58,809 nucleotides of DNA from Chara braunii (Eukaryota > Plantae > Charophyceae): contig BFEA01000002.1 in NCBI GenBank assembly GCA_003427395.1, positions 186,208-245,016 of the forward strand. Reading direction: 5' to 3'. The notes beneath the pieces are model-generated. The model worked only from the letters and a program-made list of their open reading frames with translations, did no database searches and was not told the origin of the DNA. A program made the translations under genes and the position numbers. Of this stretch, positions 12,313 through 24,185 are shown piece by piece (the stretch's first letter is position 1; every line of letters begins with the position of its first letter).

Positions 12313-12650
12313 CTGAAAGTAGAGGTTTTGGGCAGAAAAGAGACGAGAAAGGAAACGATGGCCCGCGGTGTCATCAATCAACATCCACTCTGGACCGATT
12401 TGCTGAAAACCGAAAAGTGAATAATTGAGCCGACTCGCGAATTATGCATTATGCAGCCGTCTGTCCATTGGCGTTAGCGAACCGAGGGCCTCGTCGCACT
12501 ACTCTTCATCCGCCAACATTTTGATTGCATGTGGACATCGTTTTGTCCAGATGCATTCGAAATGTTGGCGGATGGCGAGTACTGCAACTAGGGCCCAACT
12601 CCCAGAAGGATCCCGCTTCTCGTTCATTTTGCGCGCGCTCAACAACAAGC

Positions 12651-12749
12651 GGGGGCTAGGTCCCACTTACACGAATAAAGCGATATTGACCGTAGATACT
12701 GAAGATCAACGGCCAGAATCTCTTAATACGTGCAAGGGAGACCTTGCCT
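12651..12749. mobile_element. ~100-bp MITE (GGGC(A/T)AGGTCCCACTT TIR family); inverted copy at 22352-22448
   Basis: gaccgtagata...aagatcaacggcc here matches ggccgttgatcttt...tatctacggtc at ~22388-22413; TIRs partly decayed. Confidence 0.65.
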
Positions 12750-12839
12750 GGGAGTGGAGGGGAGCAGAGACCCTCCCCGCCAACGACAACCCCGACACCG
12801 CGACTCATCCGCGGCCCCCCCCCGGGTTCCCGACGCTAA

Positions 12840-12964
12840 GGGCCTCGCTCCATTACTCTCCAACATGCACAAAAGACAAAACTCATCGCGCTGTATCTTC
12901 CCATGTTCTAGCGGAAGATTCTTTCTCAATTTGCCCATTTGTGGTGAGTAGTGGAGCGAGGGGC
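12840..12964. mobile_element. Tourist/PIF-Harbinger-like MITE (second copy of the 4740 family)
   Basis: TIRs gggcctcgctccattactc / gagtagtggagcgaggggc, preceded by TAA. Confidence 0.65.
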
Positions 12965-13086
12965 GAACAACAGGAAAGGAAAAACCTAGATAAAAAAAAC
13001 AAAAAAAAAAAAGAAAGGGCTTGCTGGCCTCTTGGATGCAAGTTCGGCCGCGCTCAAATGAATGGCTGAGCCATCTCTTTTGGGTC

Positions 13087-13242
13087 CGTTTTTTTCTTTT
13101 TTCTTTTTTCTTTTTTTTTTTACTGACCGGCCCCAAGCAATTCATTAGTAGTCGGTTTTACTATTCCAGTTCCATCATCTGGATTCGAACACAGGTCTGT
13201 ATTTCAACAGTTCATTGGTGTGGTCCCCACTGAGCTAGGCTC
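13087..13242 (-). mobile_element. tRNA-derived SINE (~155 bp) with A-rich tail
   Basis: Minus strand has A-box TAGCTCAGTGG (13237-13227) and B-box GTTCGAATCC (13190-13181) at tRNA-like spacing, an A-rich tail at ~13121-13089, and flanking direct repeat TTGGGTC (13080-13086, 13243-13249). Confidence 0.6.
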
Positions 13243-13849
13243 TTGGGTCTTCTTTTTTTTTTTCGTTTTTGAAAGGGCGACGGCCTTGAGATCCCATCCT
13301 CATCTAGCAACCATTCACAGGGCTCGAAAAAAAAATTAAAGAAAAATGAATAGCTGAGCACGTGACTCTTCCTCAGGGTCGGGAGGTGGAGCGCGGCCGT
13401 CACGGCGAGCGAGGGGGGGGGATGTTCTCCATCCCACAAACGGCTCCCGTCCCAGGGGCAGGTCCCACTAGCCTCGACCCCCGAACACAACGCACCCTGA
13501 TTATGAATGTATATAAGGGATCTTTCTGGGTCGATTCAGTCATCATCAGGGTGCGCTGTGTTCCGGGGTCGTCCCCTCGACGCCCGAATCTGGACGTCGG
13601 TGTGGAGATGTGCAGAAAATCGCGTTGAGTTTCCTCAACCGCACGCGCTTCTCCACAAGCCAGATGTCCAGCGTTGAGGAATCAACGCTGGAAATCCGTG
13701 AAAAACAAAAACAATAAAAAAAACAACTAAACAAATTGGAACGATACAGAGAAAGATTTTTTTTTTTTTTAGAGGCCCTACGGTTGGAGTGACAGGGAGA
13801 GCGCCGATTCTCGCAGATCTCAAGGCCCCAACCATCTCCCGCGCGGTAT

Positions 13850-15633
13850 GCATTTACTGCGTTTCCCCCTGTGGAATACCAGGGGGCAGGGAGACTCCGG
13901 TCAAGGCTTATGGGGACTAGTGCATAGCAGCTGTAGTTACATGGACATCGGCACTCTCGAAGCTGTGGGAGAGCTACGGGTAGTGGTGGGAGCGATGCCA
14001 CTAAGTATGCCTGCAAAGTGCTAGTTCTTATCATCAGNNNNNNNNNNATGCCTGCAAAGTGCTAGTTCTTATCATCAGCCAGTGCATAGCAGCTGTGGTT
14101 TTGCGGACATCGGCACTCTCGAAGCTGTGGGAGAGCTACGGGCAGTGGTGGGAGCGATGTCTCTGGAAGTATGCCTGCTAAGTACTAAGTTCGTATCTAA
14201 TCTCTCCATAACTTCCAGACGTCGATTTCGGCACTAAGCACGCATTCTATTAATTCGTACTTCGACTACGGAAGGGTGCTTCATTCTCTCGGTTGGTTCA
14301 TCATTCCTTGAACATCTTGAGGAGCCTGGAAACTGGAATAGCTATCTAAGAACTTACCACTGTGGTCGGATTTTTTTCGGTACTAAGCACGTGTTCTATC
14401 AATTCGTACTTCGACTTCTGTGGAGGGGTGCTTCATTCCCTTGGTTTGTTCATCATTCCTTGTACATCTTGAGGAGCCTTGGGTAGCTATCTAAGAACAA
14501 ACCATTGTGGTTGGATCGTTTTAGTGTGTTGTATTCGATATTGTTGGAATTACAATATACATTTTAGGGTAGATTCACTCATTTTTGTGAAGTACCTCAC
14601 GTGATTTCGTAAATTTGTCCAAGGATTAGCAAGTTAGTAGTATGGGTTTGGGTTCCTTTGCTCGATCTGCAACCTTTGCTAGGATTGCTTCAATCTAGTT
14701 TGCATCGCATGTCTGGAGGAGTAGCAGCTGCATGAGAAACTGTCACGATTCACTTTGGCTCCTCGCTTTTTTAAAGACTACCCCTGAGTCACACTATGGT
14801 TCATTATTGGCTTTGCGCGGATTACTGTGCGCATGAGAAACTGTCACGATTCACTTTGGCTCCTCACCTTTTTTCAAGACTACCTCTAAGCCACACTATG
14901 GTTCGTTATTGGCTTTGCGCGGATTACTGTGCGACAGTACGTCGAGCCTAAATTCTGCTCATCATAGACCACTGCTTGAGAGATAATGGCTGGAAGGAGG
15001 CCGTGTCTGAACCGTATTGTGTACCTCGCATCCCACACATGGTCTTCCCCCTGGGGAAGACATGCACGAAGGTTAAACCCACGCGCGTTGTGTGAGGGGA
15101 ACATTTGGCTGTGTGATGCTTTATTTCTTGTTAATTTGTGTTTGGAAGCTGGTTGTTATTTGGTTATTGCTCTCCCTTTCATACTTCTATGCTACGCAGC
15201 TTAGCTAGCTGTCTTTGGTTTATTAGCAGAGCTAGGGGGTGAAGTCAACCCTTTGGGTGGTAGAGTGTTTTAGTGTGCCTATTAGCACATGTCTATTTGC
15301 TACTGAGGTCGGAGAGGAATTACTCCCACACATTTTCTTAGTTTCTGTCGGTCTGTATTCGCACAGCTGTTTACGAGGATTTGCTCTGGCTGAAGGGTTT
15401 GCGTAGTTATATCTTTCTTAGTTCGGCCACCATTTATTGAGCTTCAAGTCAGTTTTTGAGAAGTTTTATTTCTGCTGAGAATAGAGGGGTCTTGGGGCGC
15501 TGGACCCGGTTTCCAGCAAGGTTCTTCGGACTCCGGGTTGAATTGTGAGGTCCCCGTCCTCTGCCACTCCTTTTTGAATATAAATTGACAACTTCTCAAA
15601 AAAATAAATAAATAAATAAATAAATAAATAAAA
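13850..15633 (+). mobile_element. Non-coding 3' portion of an unclassified retroelement with internal tandem duplications and an A/(TAAA)n tail
   Basis: Tandem pairs at ~13919-14037/14080-14200, ~14227-14370/14375-14515 and ~14730-14830/14831-14930; A-rich/(TAAA)n tail at 15598-15633; 5' part resembles ~23668-23720 and ~23920-23990. Boundaries approximate. Confidence 0.5.
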
Positions 15634-15689
15634 TTACGATGTTGAGTCCTGGCTTGGACTCACCTAAAGTGGAGCCTATACGGGCGGAT

Positions 15690-18650
15690 GGAAGATTACT
15701 CCTAGTGCTGATGGAATCCCAACAGTTAGTAGATGCTGACTGCACACTTAACCCAGATACTCAAGCTTACACATGGTTCGGTTCTCCGGCTCCGCCTGTC
15801 AGACGAAGGTTTGATATTTTTTTAGTCAGAGGTACTATTTGGGATAGATGCCTGAAAGTTGCAATACGTAAATCTTCTATGTCAGATCACTATCCCGTTA
15901 CCGCAGAATTGGACATCCAAGATCCAACTTATGCAGGAAGACCTCCATTCCGTTTCAATGTGGAACATCTAAAGGACGAAAACCTTCTTAAACCACCAGT
16001 ACCTCGCTCAGCTATAGAGTCCGAAGCTCGGACTACCGGTAGCCCGATGATTCCCGAGCCTCGGACTTTATGGCCGAGCCTCGGACAACCGGTAGGACAT
16101 CACAGAAACAAAAACAAAAACAAAACAAACAAACAAACAAAAAAANNNNNNNNNNNNNNNNNNNNNNNNNNNNNNNNNNNNNNNNNNNNNNNNNNNNNNN
16201 NNNNNNNNNNNNNNNNNNNNNNNNNNNNNNNNNNNNNNNNNNNNNNNNNNNNNNNNNNNNNNNNNNNNNNNNNNNNNNNNNNNNNNNNNNNNNNNNNNNN
16301 NNNNNNNNNNNNNNNNNNNNNNNNNNNNNNNNNNNNNNNNNNNNNNNNNNNNNNNNNNNNNNNNNNNNNNNNNNNNNNNNNNNNNNNNNNNNNNNNNNNN
16401 NNNNNNNNNNNNNNNNNNNNNNNNNNNNNNNNNNNNNNNNNNNNNNNNNNNNNNNNNNNNNNNNNNNNNNNNNNNNNNNNNNNNNNNNNNNNNNNNNNNN
16501 NNNNNNNNNNNNNNNNNNNNNNNNNNNNNNNNNNNNNNNNNNNNNNNNNNNNNNNNNNNNNNNNNNNNNNNNNNNNNNNNNNNNNNNNNNNNNNNNNNNN
16601 NNNNNNNNNNNNNNNNNNNNNNNNNNNNNNNNNNNNNNNNNNNNNNNNNNNNNNNNNNNNNNNNNNNNNNNNNNNNNNNNNNNNNNNNNNNNNNNNNNNN
16701 NNNNNNNNNNNNNNNNNNNNNNNNNNNNNNNNNNNNNNNNNNNNNNNNNNNNNNNNNNNNNNNNNNNNNNNNNNNNNNNNNNNNNNNNNNNNNNNNNNNN
16801 NNNNNNNNNNNNNNNNNNNNNNNNNNNNNNNNNNNNNNNNNNNNNNNNNNNNNNNNNNNNNNNNNNNNNNNNNNNNNNNNNNNNNNNNNNNNNNNNNNNN
16901 NNNNNNNNNNNNTTTTTTTTTTTTTTTTTTTTTTTCCGTTTTTGATTTCGACTTTTGGGCGGTACCGGTCGTTGCAAGGTGGGTGCCCCTCCCGACGCGA
17001 CGCGTACATGGGAAGCGCCGCGTTCGATAGCTGGGCCAAGTACTGGTGGTTTAAATTGACCAACTTGAAGAATCACTGGGATGAGTGGCAAAAAACCCAA
17101 AATATGTTCTCAAATGTGGAATCATGGTTTGATACAGGCATTAATATTATGAAGAATTATTTTGATATTTTTTCAAGAATCAAATGCACTGAAGAAAACT
17201 GTGCAGAGCAAGAGTTAATTAAAAGAATAAGCATGCCAGAGGAAAATTTTCGCAGACATCCGATTTCATACGCCTATTGGATGGCAATCCGTAAAAGAGC
17301 CCTGACCGAGCTAGATAGTTTGCCGATTGCTCAACAGGAGAAAGGGAAGGCGTGGTTATACCAAAAAGGGATTATAACGAATGACAGACTCAACCGAGAA
17401 ACCTTTCGAAGGCTTTTGCTGCAGAAAACTAAACCCCTGATTAGAGAACTGGCTCACCCTTTTGCGAACTCCGCACCTACGAAATCCGACCCACAAGGAA
17501 TGTGCCAATATGCTCAAATGTATTTTCAAGATATACTGACAACACGTCGGTCGTTTGACTTCTTTGATACTGATTTAAGAGAAACTTTAGCCTTTTGGAC
17601 TAGAACTAAAGCCAGCCTTTCTCAACAGGGTAGACTGGATCTAGATAGACCCTTTACTGTAGAAGACGTCAAAGCTGCCGCAAAACAGATGGCCTCCAGG
17701 AAATGTCCCGGGAAGGACGGGTTACCGGTGGAAGTCTACCTGGCTCTATAGGACTTCATTGCCCCGACTTTGGTGGAAATATATAATGGCGTTGTAGTGG
17801 GTAGGTCCCTATCGAAAGGAATGCAACAAGGGATCATTAGTCTGCTGTATAAAAAAAGAAACAGATTGGATATACGAAATTAAAGATCCATTTCGTTACT
17901 GAATGTGTCCTACAAAATTCTAGCAAAGGCCTTAGCCTTGCGTTTAGCTAAATACCTACCGGATTTCGTAGGATTGGATCAAGGTGTGTTTGTTATCACA
18001 GGTCCATAATGGACAACATTGCGGCTACTATTCAGGCGTTGGAAATTATTGTGAACGAGAACAGGAAATTCAATGTGGCCGTACTCCTAATCGATATGGA
18101 AAAGGCATATGATAAGGTAGGTTGGACCTTTGTGGGTACAACTCTCACCCACATGGACTTTGGCCATAATTTTAGCAGATGGATTTCAATAATGTATTCC
18201 ACTTCTATAACAATGGTTATGGTGAACAGTCAACTCTCCCAAGAATCTGATCTTTCACGCTCGTTACGACAGGGTTGCCCTCTCGCCCCACTCCTTTTCG
18301 TGTTGCACCTGAAAGTTCTATTGGATAATATAAGCATGAATTAACAGATCACTGAGTTGAAACTACATAATCAATTGCAATGGAAAGGAAGGGCTTTGGC
18401 GGATGACCTAACCATAACCTGTCTGAATGATAGAAATTTTTTATTATCCGACGGTGCGTAACATTTTGAATGAATACTCTAATATATTATCTGAGGCCTC
18501 AATAAATCTGAACAAATCTTTATTATTTCTGCCTAGTCATTTTCAACTACAAGTGGATTGGGGTATAAGAAGAATTATCTCGGATGCTTCTGATCGTTAT
18601 CTCGGAGTTCAAGTGTCACTGTCAGACATTTCAGATTTACACTCCAAAGG
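15690..18650 (+). pseudogene. Decayed L1-clade LINE ORF2 (APE C-terminus + RT), interrupted by insertions and a gap
   Basis: APE motifs YTW..RRRFDIFLV and SDHYPV; RT motifs KCPGKDGLPVE, LIDMEKAYDKVGW, SLRQGCPLAPLLF, ALADD (~18391-18406), RYLGV. Several stops and frameshifts. Confidence 0.88.
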
Positions 18651-19764
18651 AATGGATATTCCAACAATGGGCATGGGAGGCAAGAGTGTTTAGATCTGTC
18701 GTTCTGAATACACTGCGCATGTCATCTGCCTTATACTGCACGACATCTGCAGACAGCCGATGGGGCAGCCTCGAAAAAGCCAGGCGCCTCAGATTTTTGT
18801 CGATCTGGCCTGCTGAACCTGAGTCGCGGGTGGATCCCCTCGAAACTCCACCCCGATTATTGCATGGTTGTACGGGCTCTCTAAGATGCTTCCCTGGTGT
18901 CGAAAGGAAGGAAAATATTAGTTGTTTTTTGCGATTGTGCTTTTTGATGACGTCCCAGGGTTTCTGCAAATTCATTCCGATTGATTGACATGTGGACTGA
19001 CGGGCGTACCTCGATTGGGCGCCAGCCTCCCGTATCTCCCTCGCCAACGCGCCCCTTCCCTTACAACGAGGAAAGGACACGTGTTTGCGAGTGGAACGTA
19101 CGAGAAGCTGTCGTATGGATCGGTGGACGATATTAATTCCCTGAACTCCTGAAAATCGGTGTTCTGGATTCGTGGGCACGGGCTTTGTCATTGTCGATAC
19201 ACACTACCCACCTTACTCAGTACTATTGCTATTTAACGAGCTGATCGTCATTCCGTGGACGGCAGTGGCGCCCCATTGGCCTCGAACCCTGTGCACTGAG
19301 TGCCAGCATTTCGATCGCTACGAATCAAAGGGTTTTTTACTACCGAATACGGAGTGAAGACGAGCACAAGGAAAGAGCCACGCGGTTGAGACCCTCCACG
19401 TCGGACTCGAAACTGACCAATGAGCGACGTCGGGACTTGATACGAAAACGGGACACGCGGAGTGTACCGAAGCCCTTCCGCTCTAAACGAAGACCCACAG
19501 CGCGGTGGGAAGTTCGATAATACATTTTAGATTGAATTTGGATTTTTCTCTTTTCGCGCCGTGCCCGCGCGCGCATTCCGCGACGCGCGAAAGCAACCGA
19601 CTTACTTCATCGGACCAACACGGGGGATTTCAGTTTTGTCAGTGTCCCCACACTCAATTTTCCAAAAATCCTTGGCACACCCCATCTTGCTGTTTTCCTG
19701 GGCCCTCTTTCCGCACCCTTAGCACTCCGAACAGAAGACAGCACAGGGCGTGTCCCCCTGCGCG

Positions 19765-20157
19765 TCACATCCATTGGGCGACATCCTTTGAGGGTGCAAT
19801 ATATGTGATGAAATTGCGGCCCTCATTATGAAAGAGGCCTCTCTTTCTCGGAATCTCAAAATTAGGATTAGCTGATGAAGCCCACCCATTCTCATAAACA
19901 CGAACAAGTCGTTTTTTTACTTCTGACACCGACTCGTCCCCGAACAGGATCGTAACTGCGTGTTCCTGCAGCCATTCCGCCTGGATCTTGTACAGCTCCG
20001 GGTTCACCGTCACTTTCAGATAATCCTCCCCTGTCTCTACTACTGACGAGGTCAGTCGAGGGGGGAGGATTCCATCCAGGTAGCATTGTGCGATGATACC
20101 CCGGATCCGATCTTTTTCCTCTGGTGAAATGTGGGCAGGATGTTCAGGAGTCGCCAT
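19765..20157 (-). pseudogene. Probable N-terminal fragment of a LINE ORF1 (different family)
   Basis: ATG-initiated, globular-looking segment (WLQEHAVTILF, LVRVYENGW, EGRNFITYIA..VAQW) truncated by another repeat. Family assignment is from recollection, not a search. Confidence 0.5.
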
Positions 20158-20779
20158 ATGAGGCGGGTTAGTAACACGAAACCACTACAACCTAACAATA
20201 TCTAAACTAAACGAGCTATAGCGAAGCTTCCAATAATTTAGGGAGTATGTCCAACTTAGTTAAAACATCCCAACCTCCACAAAACAGAAAGGGGATTATA
20301 CCTGCCGCATGTAGGGTTGACTTCTCGTCGGTTGGCCCATCGGCCGTCTCCAGTACTGCATCTCTTCTCAAGAAACGGATGTCGAAATTCCCCGACTGAC
20401 AATCCTCTCAAGCGAGCTTAGAGGGAGAGGGAATCCACCCAGGCCCCCGATTTCCACGGAGGCTCATGCCATACCAACTATGTCGAGAGTAGAGCCTTAG
20501 CACCCAGCCTCAGTAACATAGAGGATAGGTGTGAAGACCAGCCGCCCTGTGCCAAAATTTCACGAGCAGTACCTACCGTTCCCGGTAGGGGCTCCGAAAA
20601 TTAGCGCAGCGTAGCACTACGGTGCCGCTTCCGCCCTCCCCATGGTCTAGATAAGAGTTATTGCCTGCGCGCGGTTTGAACTCAGGTCAGTTTGTCTGCT
20701 GACAGGTCCCAGGTAATTCACAGTAATGATATTTCATTTTGCTGCCTGGTTCTTCTTTCTGTGGACGTCTATAGGTACG

Positions 20780-20947
20780 GGGGCGGGGTCGCACTAGCAA
20801 AGAGGATCGGATCGAATGCCTGAATGTGGACGAGGTTATGTAGATGTGCAGGAAATCGAGATTAAACTGCTTTTCTGCATCTCTGCATAAAACACGACCA
20901 GATTCAGGAGCTCGATCCTATCCGCTTTGCTAGTAGGACCTCAGCCC
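20780..20947. mobile_element. ~165-bp MITE (GGTCCCACTAGCAAAG TIR family); inverted copy at ~22058-22206, related pieces at ~13456-13680 and ~57670-57798
   Basis: Shared core agatgtgcaggaaatcgag...cttttctgcatctctgcataaaa and terminal cactagcaaag / ctttgctagt. Confidence 0.65.
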
Positions 20948-21445
20948 GGGTGTAACATCCAGCCACGTGATCATGGGTCTCGCGGCAGCACTCGTCAAAT
21001 TTGAAAAGAGAAAAGCTTGCGGGCTGGGGAGAGATTCAGGTTGGATTTTATAGTAACAACCTTGGCGCTCGGTTGTCGGCTTGGCCGCGGGAGGCAGGCA
21101 GTAGGTTGATTGGTGGTTTCTAGGTGTGTTGGTGGAGGGAGTTGTCCGTAATATTAAGATCCCCATGTTAGGGGCAGTAGTAGTAGGAGCAACAGTAGCC
21201 GGAGTGTAGATAGATGTAGGTTGAGGCTAGAATGTTTAGGGTATTAATGGTTTTACTTTTCTGGGTTGTTTGGCTTTCTTGGTCTTGGTGACGTTTTTAT
21301 TTTACCAGGGATGGGGAATGTCAGCACAGCGGTCCTGATTTGGCCATTCTGTGTCTGGACTAGAATCCCCTTCGCCTGAACCATAAGCTGGGTAATGGTC
21401 CCAGTACTTTCTTTGATTTTCCGGGTTGCGTGTGGAGGGATTCCA

Positions 21446-21937
21446 GGGACCAAGTCCCACTTGCAGCGGTTTAGTCCTCAGTTCGGGACCCTGTGTTTTG
21501 TGCGACACGTTTCCTGACCGCTGATTCACATTGATCGTAGGGCGCATGGTCGGTTATGTTTTTCTACGAACGGAATGGATTGAATGTTGCTATGTAGCGG
21601 TTTCCCATTGGCTGTTATAGTCGGAATGAGCTCTTTCACTCGCAGGGAACGGTCCTCGTCCGTAGCCTGACCCCAGTCGGGCTAGACGTGGGGACCGTCC
21701 ATCGTCTCGTATTTCCACAGAAACTAAAAGTTTTTCCCGACAATGCCACTGCCATACCCTTGGTTACCAGACTGACCGGCCTTTCATCATTACTGTCATT
21801 CAGCACGTTCAAATCCTGTTATTTTTCGCGATTTAACCTGTCGTTTGTCAACCAGCCGCACATTGCCACACGAAGTCACACACTGTCGTGCAGTTCTGGC
21901 TACGGGAACTAAACCGCCGCAAGTGGGACTTGGTCCC
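21446..21937. mobile_element. Non-autonomous DNA transposon (~490 bp) with 30-bp TIRs
   Basis: Left GGGACCAAGTCCCACTTGCAGCGGTTTAGT; right end is the reverse complement GGGACCAAGTCCCACTTGCGGCGGTTTAGT (1 mismatch). Confidence 0.8.
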
Positions 21938-22351
21938 CGGCCTCCTTCTTTTTGTGTGGTATAATAAAGAGCTGTGTGTCTTGTTAAGAAAAATAAATAA
22001 ATAAATAAATAAAAAAATAAAAATTCGGGTTGGTCTTTTTTTTTTTTTTTTTTTTTTGCCGAGGTCCCAGTAACAAAGAGGTTCGGATCGAGTGCCTGAA
22101 TCTGGATGTATTTTATGCAGAGATGCAGAAAAGCAGTTCAATCTCGATTTCCTGCACATCTCCTCGACCTTGCCCCCGATCCTCTTTGCTAGTGGGACCA
22201 CGCTCCCGTACTATACATATACACTAGTAAGAGCTTGAGATCTATGCCAGAAGAATATAGCTTACTTTCGCACCTTTGGACATTCGGTGGTTCGGTGTGG
22301 CCCGTTCTCTTCTCCTCGCTGAGTGCACCAAGCAGCACCAAGGTCTTTCGG

Positions 22352-22448
22352 GGGCAAGGTCCCACTTGCGCAAATTAGGAGATTTGGGCCGTTGATCTTT
22401 GCTATCTACGGTCAGTATCTCTTAATTCGTGCAAGTGGGACCTAGCCC
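22352..22448. mobile_element. ~97-bp MITE with 3-bp CGG flanking duplication
   Basis: TIRs gggcaaggtcccacttgc / gcaagtgggacctagccc; CGG on both sides. Confidence 0.75.
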
Positions 22449-23351
22449 CGGGAAAAGAAAGAAAAAACGAGGGAAAGAAACACAAAGCAGCACTCCAATA
22501 AAATATAATAATCGGATAATAATGGGCCTCGCCCCACATCTCAAGAGTGCATCGTCACATGGAACGTAGGTTGCTTCTTGTAAGGGACACCTCGGCTATA
22601 ATAATAAAATCTGTAAAAGAAAAAAAAAAGAAAAGCAATATACATCCGCCACGCATATGAACAGTGATGGATTAAAAAAAAACAAAAAAATAGTAATGGA
22701 TGTGTAGTGCCACCTTCTGCTTGAAGATGCACTCGGGCATTTTCTTGTTTGGTAGACAGGAGGCGAGAGTCGCGATTGAAGCTGTCAAGTCTGTCGGGTG
22801 TCGGGGAAGGTGCGCCGTCAAACCCACGTGCCTAGCTCCTACACCGTACATCTCAAGAGCTAATCTACGGCTCAGGGATGTCCCCATAATTCGGGATCCA
22901 GTACAACACAAGCGTAGACCTGCCATGGAAGGGGGCCACCAGGAACTGCAGTCGAAAGGAGAGTCAAGAACCCGGCCGTCGTAGGCGGGAAGCAGTCGTA
23001 TGAACCGGGCCGGAGTGCCTGGATCAGACGGCACTGGCTACTCTGGTTGGTCTTAAAAAAAAAAGAAAGCCAACGGTAGTCTAGACGGCAGATACTCCTA
23101 ATTATAGTCTGGAGGGCAGAGGACACCACGTGACTCCCGTGGTGATGACCGACGGTATGTCTCTGGATACACCAAGAGCACCAGCCAGGCCCGTCGCCAC
23201 GCGGATAAGAGAAAAGTGAGCGGTGGAGGCTGCCTGTTCGTCCAACACCAGTTGGCATAGGAGGTCGAATGTTATCCTGGCACCCAGCCCATGTGTTTGA
23301 GGGCATACTCACACGGGGACCAAAAGGGCCTCGCCACACCACTCCCGACTT

Positions 23352-23353
<2 letters not shown>

Positions 23354-23408
<55 letters not shown>
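23354..23408 (-). mobile_element. Solo poly(A) retroposition (T55 on plus strand) with 7-bp TSD
   Basis: GACTTGG (23347-23353) - T55 - GACTTGG (23409-23415). Confidence 0.7.
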
Positions 23409-23409
<1 letters not shown>

Positions 23410-24185
23410 ACTTGGGAAAAATTTCCGGAGTGCTCCCGGAAGTAAAAACCCTCTGGGGTAGTCTCTTCGACTGAATCTCGCCCTGAGGGGTAAGAAGGAG
23501 GAAGGGAACGCAGCCCGATGAAAGGCTGCGCTACCTGGCGTACTCGCTGTCCGGAGATGGCAGTGTCTGCGTCGGCAGCCAGGGTGGGATTCGGGTGTGG
23601 GGAGGAACGATGTTTTCCTCGATGATCTCTAGGTTCGGCCATCGCCCTCAGATCCGACAAGGGGCTGTGTCTCCCTGTGGAATGCCAGGGAGCAGGGAGA
23701 TTCCAGCTCCAACAGACATCCTACAACAGAGTCTACAAGAGTCAAGTAATGAGCGCAGTGTGAACACGACGAAGGGAGAGTGAGTCCAGTACGGGACAGC
23801 GGGCACATCCAACAGCGGCACCTCTGGAGGCAGTGGGTGGGCAGCCGGTGGTGGTGGGACTGGTGTTGGGAGGAGCACGTGGGAACTACTGCTGACTATC
23901 TCGACTCGGAGCGTGAAACCTGAAGCTCTACGGGCGGCGGCGCCACCAATGGGAGTGGGAGTTCCTCTGGTGGTGGTGGGAGCGTCTCCGTTGGAATCAA
24001 GGGCGCTGAGTGTTAACTAAGCCACTCTCTGGCACGAAATATTTTGAGTGCATTAACCCAGCCATCTTTTCTTACTCCTTATGAGTGGCTCACTTCATGA
24101 CTATCTTGCACGATAATATCTGGAAATACTGTCACCCTTTTTCAAGCTCCTCCTGCTATGTGCCTTGGTGTCACTGGCGGGAATC

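Noticed and set aside
18637-19191. 184-aa minus-strand ORF
   Set aside because: No recognisable domain; probably decayed repeat. Cannot be classified without a search.
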